Source: Bacillus subtilis subsp. subtilis str. 168
GTDB lineage: Bacteria; Bacillota; Bacilli; Bacillales; Bacillaceae
Reading direction: 5' to 3'
NCBI RefSeq assembly: GCF_000009045.1
Contig: NC_000964.3
Coordinates: forward strand, 1,230,001-1,262,000
DNA: 32,000 nt
The notes beneath the pieces were generated by a model that was not told the origin of the DNA, ran no database searches, and worked only from the letters and a program-made list of their open reading frames with translations. Below, in pieces: positions 28,304 to 32,000 of this stretch. The position numbers and the translations under genes are program-made. The first letter of the stretch is position 1, and each line of letters begins with the position of its first letter.

Positions 28304-28468
28304 TTCTTATCGTGAGAGGTGGAGGGACTGGCCCTTAGAAACCTCAGCAACCGGCTTGTTTTGCATTTGCAAAGCGCCAAGGTGCTAAATCCAGCAAGCG
28401 TTTTTTATGCTTGGAAGATAAGAAGAAGCGTTAAACCCCTTCTTCTTATGAAGAAGGGGTTTTTATTT
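28304..28468 (+). promoter_or_regulatory. SAM-I (S-box) riboswitch with terminator
   Basis: The aptamer spans 28304-28424 (UUCUUAUCGUGAGAGGUGGAGGGACUGGCCC..AGAAACCUCAGCAACCGGC...GGUGCUAAAUCCAGCAAGCG...GGAAGAUAAGAAG). The terminator is CCCCTTCTTC-TTAT-GAAGAAGGGG followed by a T-run (28436-28468). Confidence 0.92.
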
Positions 28469-28491
28469 TGAAAAGGGAAGGTGTCAGCTAT

Positions 28492-29613
28492 ATGTCACAG
28501 CACGTTGAAACGAAATTAGCTCAAATTGGGAACCGTAGCGATGAAGTCACGGGAACAGTGAGTGCTCCTATCTATTTATCAACAGCATACCGCCACAGAG
28601 GGATCGGAGAATCTACCGGATTTGATTATGTCCGCACAAAAAATCCGACACGCCAGCTTGTTGAGGACGCGATCGCTAACTTAGAAAACGGCGCGAGAGG
28701 GCTTGCCTTTAGTTCGGGAATGGCTGCTATCCAAACGATTATGGCGCTGTTTAAAAGCGGAGATGAACTGATCGTTTCATCGGACCTATATGGCGGCACG
28801 TACCGTTTATTTGAAAATGAATGGAAAAAATACGGATTGACTTTTCATTATGATGATTTCAGCGATGAGGACTGTTTACGCTCTAAGATTACGCCGAATA
28901 CAAAAGCGGTGTTTGTGGAAACGCCGACAAACCCCCTCATGCAGGAGGCGGACATTGAACATATTGCCCGGATTACAAAGGAGCACGGTCTTCTGCTGAT
29001 CGTAGATAATACATTTTATACACCGGTCTTGCAGCGGCCGCTTGAGCTGGGAGCTGACATTGTCATTCACAGCGCAACCAAGTATTTAGGCGGGCATAAC
29101 GATCTGCTTGCTGGACTTGTCGTGGTGAAGGATGAGCGGCTCGGAGAGGAAATGTTTCAGCATCAAAATGCAATCGGCGCCGTCCTGCCGCCATTTGATT
29201 CGTGGCTTCTGATGAGAGGAATGAAGACGCTGAGCCTCAGAATGCGCCAGCATCAGGCAAACGCGCAGGAGCTTGCGGCGTTTTTAGAAGAGCAGGAAGA
29301 AATTTCGGATGTGCTGTATCCCGGAAAAGGCGGCATGCTGTCCTTCCGTCTGCAAAAAGAAGAATGGGTCAATCCGTTTTTAAAAGCACTGAAGACCATT
29401 TGTTTTGCAGAAAGCCTCGGCGGGGTGGAAAGCTTTATTACATACCCTGCGACCCAGACGCACATGGATATTCCTGAAGAGATCCGCATCGCAAACGGGG
29501 TGTGCAATCGGTTGCTGCGCTTTTCTGTCGGTATTGAACATGCGGAAGATTTAAAAGAGGATCTAAAACAGGCATTATGTCAGGTCAAAGAGGGAGCTGT
29601 TTCATTTGAGTAA
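28492..29613 (+). CDS. metI: Cystathionine gamma-synthase / O-acetylhomoserine thiolyase (PLP-dependent)
   Basis: The start was moved to the ATG at 28492 (MSQHVETKLAQ...), giving 373 aa. The PLP-lysine motif HSATKYLGGH is present. Confidence 0.92.
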   Translation: MSQHVETKLAQIGNRSDEVTGTVSAPIYLSTAYRHRGIGESTGFDYVRTKNPTRQLVEDAIANLENGARGLAFSSGMAAIQTIMALFKSGDELIVSSDLYGGTYRLFENEWKKYGLTFHYDDFSDEDCLRSKITPNTKAVFVETPTNPLMQEADIEHIARITKEHGLLLIVDNTFYTPVLQRPLELGADIVIHSATKYLGGHNDLLAGLVVVKDERLGEEMFQHQNAIGAVLPPFDSWLLMRGMKTLSLRMRQHQANAQELAAFLEEQEEISDVLYPGKGGMLSFRLQKEEWVNPFLKALKTICFAESLGGVESFITYPATQTHMDIPEEIRIANGVCNRLLRFSVGIEHAEDLKEDLKQALCQVKEGAVSFE

Positions 29614-30778
29614 ACACAATTGGACGCTGGAAACCCAGCTCGTGCACAATCCATTTAAAACAGACGGCGGAACCGGGGCAGTCAGTGTACCGATTCAGCA
29701 CGCCTCGACTTTTCACCAATCTTCATTTGAAGAGTTCGGGGCATATGATTACAGCCGCTCTGGCACGCCGACAAGAACAGCTCTCGAAGAAACAATTGCC
29801 GCACTGGAAGGCGGAACAAGAGGATTTGCTTTCAGTTCAGGCATGGCTGCCATCTCAACAGCATTTTTACTGCTGTCACAGGGTGATCACGTTCTTGTGA
29901 CAGAAGATGTATACGGCGGAACCTTCCGTATGGTGACAGAGGTGCTGACCCGGTTTGGCATTGAGCATACGTTTGTCGACATGACGGATCGTAATGAAGT
30001 GGCGCGGAGCATCAAGCCGAACACAAAGGTCATTTATATGGAGACGCCATCAAATCCGACACTTGGGATTACGGATATTAAAGCAGTTGTTCAGCTTGCA
30101 AAAGAAAACGGCTGCCTGACCTTTCTGGACAATACATTCATGACGCCGGCACTGCAGCGTCCGCTTGATCTCGGCGTGGATATTGTACTTCACAGCGCGA
30201 CAAAATTCTTAAGCGGACACAGCGATGTGCTCTCAGGTTTGGCTGCTGTCAAAGATGAAGAGCTTGGGAAGCAGCTGTATAAGCTACAAAACGCGTTCGG
30301 CGCCGTCCTTGGCGTGCAAGATTGCTGGCTTGTCCTGCGCGGATTAAAAACATTGCAGGTCCGTTTAGAGAAAGCGAGTCAAACAGCTCAGCGGCTTGCG
30401 GAATTTTTCCAGAAGCACCCGGCGGTCAAGCGCGTGTATTATCCGGGACTGGCTGATCATCCCGGCGCTGAAACCCATAAAAGCCAGTCAACGGGAGCGG
30501 GCGCCGTGCTATCTTTTGAGCTTGAAAGCAAAGAGGCCGTTAAGAAGTTAGTCGAGAATGTGTCACTCCCAGTCTTCGCTGTCAGCCTTGGCGCCGTGGA
30601 ATCGATTTTGTCCTATCCGGCAACGATGTCTCATGCGGCAATGCCTAAGGAAGAGCGTGAAAAACGCGGTATCACTGATGGCCTGCTCCGTCTGAGTGTC
30701 GGCGTCGAACATGCAGACGATTTAGAACACGATTTCGAACAAGCGCTGAAAGAAATTGCTCCAGTTTCGGTTCGTTAA
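29606..30778 (+). CDS. metC: Cystathionine beta-lyase (PLP-dependent)
   Basis: 390-aa ORF with the PLP-lysine motif HSATKFLSGH. The TTG start has the SD GAGGGAG 9 nt upstream and overlaps metI by 8 nt. Confidence 0.92.
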   Translation: MSKHNWTLETQLVHNPFKTDGGTGAVSVPIQHASTFHQSSFEEFGAYDYSRSGTPTRTALEETIAALEGGTRGFAFSSGMAAISTAFLLLSQGDHVLVTEDVYGGTFRMVTEVLTRFGIEHTFVDMTDRNEVARSIKPNTKVIYMETPSNPTLGITDIKAVVQLAKENGCLTFLDNTFMTPALQRPLDLGVDIVLHSATKFLSGHSDVLSGLAAVKDEELGKQLYKLQNAFGAVLGVQDCWLVLRGLKTLQVRLEKASQTAQRLAEFFQKHPAVKRVYYPGLADHPGAETHKSQSTGAGAVLSFELESKEAVKKLVENVSLPVFAVSLGAVESILSYPATMSHAAMPKEEREKRGITDGLLRLSVGVEHADDLEHDFEQALKEIAPVSVR

Positions 30779-30809
30779 AAAAGAAGCCGGGGATAGTCCG
30801 GCTTCTTTT
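30779..30809. terminator. Bidirectional terminator between metC (+) and yjcK (-)
   Basis: Stem AAGAAGCCGG / CCGGCTTCTT with a 7-nt loop, flanked by an A-run and a T-run. Confidence 0.85.
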
Positions 30810-30810
30810 A

Positions 30811-31356
30811 TTATTGTTCGTCATCAGGATTCAGAATCGCGAGGACTTGATGATCCTCCCAAACGCCATTAATTTTTACATTTTTTCGGGCGATGCCTTC
30901 TTTATGAAATCCCGCTTTTTCTAAAACACGCATGGACCCGAGATTACGGGGCATCACACCGGCTTCAATCCGATGCAGTTTCAATTCGTGGAACGCATAA
31001 TCAACAACCAATCTGACTGCCTCTGTCATAATGCCCTTTCCATTATGGGCTTTGTCTAAAAAATACCCGATGAACGCAGTTTGCAGCGCGCCACGGATGA
31101 TTTGAAAGAGCGAAACCGTCCCGATTAATCTATCGTCTGACGCTGTAAAGATGCCAAAATGATATTCTTCATCTTTCTCAAGTCTTTCCTGATACTCGGT
31201 TATTCGTTTTCTTTGCCCCTCAACCGTATAGTAATCGTCTGCGCGTATCATAGAAAACTGTTCGAAAAAATCTCGATTTTCGCTTTGCAGCCCCAGATTT
31301 TCTTCGGCATCCGTTACTTCTAAAGGTCTAACATAAATGGTTTTTCCTTTTAACAT
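30811..31356 (-). CDS. yjcK: GNAT acetyltransferase, RimJ/RimL-like
   Basis: 181-aa ORF with a GNAT core (FLDKAHNGKGIMTEAVRLVVDYAF). Confidence 0.85.
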   Translation of the reverse strand: MLKGKTIYVRPLEVTDAEENLGLQSENRDFFEQFSMIRADDYYTVEGQRKRITEYQERLEKDEEYHFGIFTASDDRLIGTVSLFQIIRGALQTAFIGYFLDKAHNGKGIMTEAVRLVVDYAFHELKLHRIEAGVMPRNLGSMRVLEKAGFHKEGIARKNVKINGVWEDHQVLAILNPDDEQ

Positions 31357-31425
31357 ATAGTGATCTCTCCGTTCTCATGTCAGCATTCCTCTTACATTAT
31401 TCTCAGGGAAATGCAAATATCCTTT

Positions 31426-32000
31426 TTATAAGAAGGAAGAAAACCAATTTCCCATAAAAGTGCCAACATAGTTGCCGATTAAGTAGCCGAGCGTACCGAC
31501 AAGCATGATCGGGGCGACAAGCTCCCGCCATCCCTTGGCAATTGCCATCGCAGCCGCAGTCGTCGGTCCCCCGACAGTAGCGTTGACGGCGAGCAGAATT
31601 TCTTCAAGCCGCACACGGAACAATTTTCCGGCAGCTAAGGAAACCGCTAAATTGCTAATCGCAATGATAAACACGAATAATAGAATAAGAGGCGCATTCG
31701 TGACGATTAAGCGGAGATCTGCAGGAATGCCGATCACCACAAAAAACAAATAAATCAAAAAGGTTCCAAGCTCCTGAGATCCATTGAGCCTTTCAAAAAA
31801 ACGCGGGAAAAGAAAAATGATAAGAACAGTTAAAGACGTAAGAACCAGGTACTGATCGCCAAGCGTACCGGTCAGCAGGGGATGAGAAAAAATGCTTTTA
31901 AAATAACCGGAAACCTTCATACTAACCGCAACAAGCGCGAAAGCGGCACCGGCATTAAAAGCGATATCCTTTAAGGAAATATCCTTCCGTTTCCAATAGC
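31426..32000 (-). CDS. yjcL: Polytopic membrane protein (DUF819-like), with its N-terminal part beyond the window edge
   Basis: The - strand frame stays open from 31920 to nt 32000 (checked codon by codon), so the listed 164-aa ORF is the C-terminal part of a longer protein. The sequence is very hydrophobic. Confidence 0.8.
   Translation of the reverse strand, partial: YWKRKDISLKDIAFNAGAAFALVAVSMKVSGYFKSIFSHPLLTGTLGDQYLVLTSLTVLIIFLFPRFFERLNGSQELGTFLIYLFFVVIGIPADLRLIVTNAPLILLFVFIIAISNLAVSLAAGKLFRVRLEEILLAVNATVGGPTTAAAMAIAKGWRELVAPIMLVGTLGYLIGNYVGTFMGNWFSSFL

Overview
By my own recognition of the proteins and gene order (no database search was run), this window is ordinary, densely packed core chromosome of Bacillus subtilis (168-like). 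The gene order is coiA, pepF, yizD, roxS, yjbH, yjbI, yjbJ, yjbK, yjbL, yjbM, ppnKA, yjbO, prpE, yjbQ, the tenA-tenI-thiOSGFD operon, fabI, cotO, cotZYXWV, yjcA, several small sporulation ORFs, spoVIF, yjcD, yjzE, yjcFGH, metI, metC, yjcK and yjcL. I call about 47 CDS, several with start codons corrected relative to the ORF track and three of them shorter than the track's apparent length cutoff. I also call one trans-acting sRNA (a RoxS/RsaE homolog), two riboswitches (a THI-box before tenA and an S-box before metI), a FapR-type operator, a Rex-type operator, several sigmaA-like promoters and many intrinsic terminators. I found no tRNA or rRNA genes, CRISPR arrays, transposases, integrases, phage genes or recognisable defence genes, and no compositional or repeat boundaries that would suggest an island. 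I therefore cannot honestly claim a previously undescribed multi-gene system here. The best leads are listed as findings: (a) the RoxS sRNA locus and its convergent arrangement with the yjbI-yjbH operon, (b) a CoiA-like N-terminal module on the UvrD-family helicase YjcD, (c) the conserved nucleotide-alarmone neighbourhood yjbK-yjbL-yjbM-ppnKA-yjbO with convergent prpE, plus a perfect 16-bp palindrome in its divergent promoter region, (d) the uncharacterised yjcH-yjcG-yjcF operon, and (e) a group of very small ORFs at 22.6-23.7 kb.
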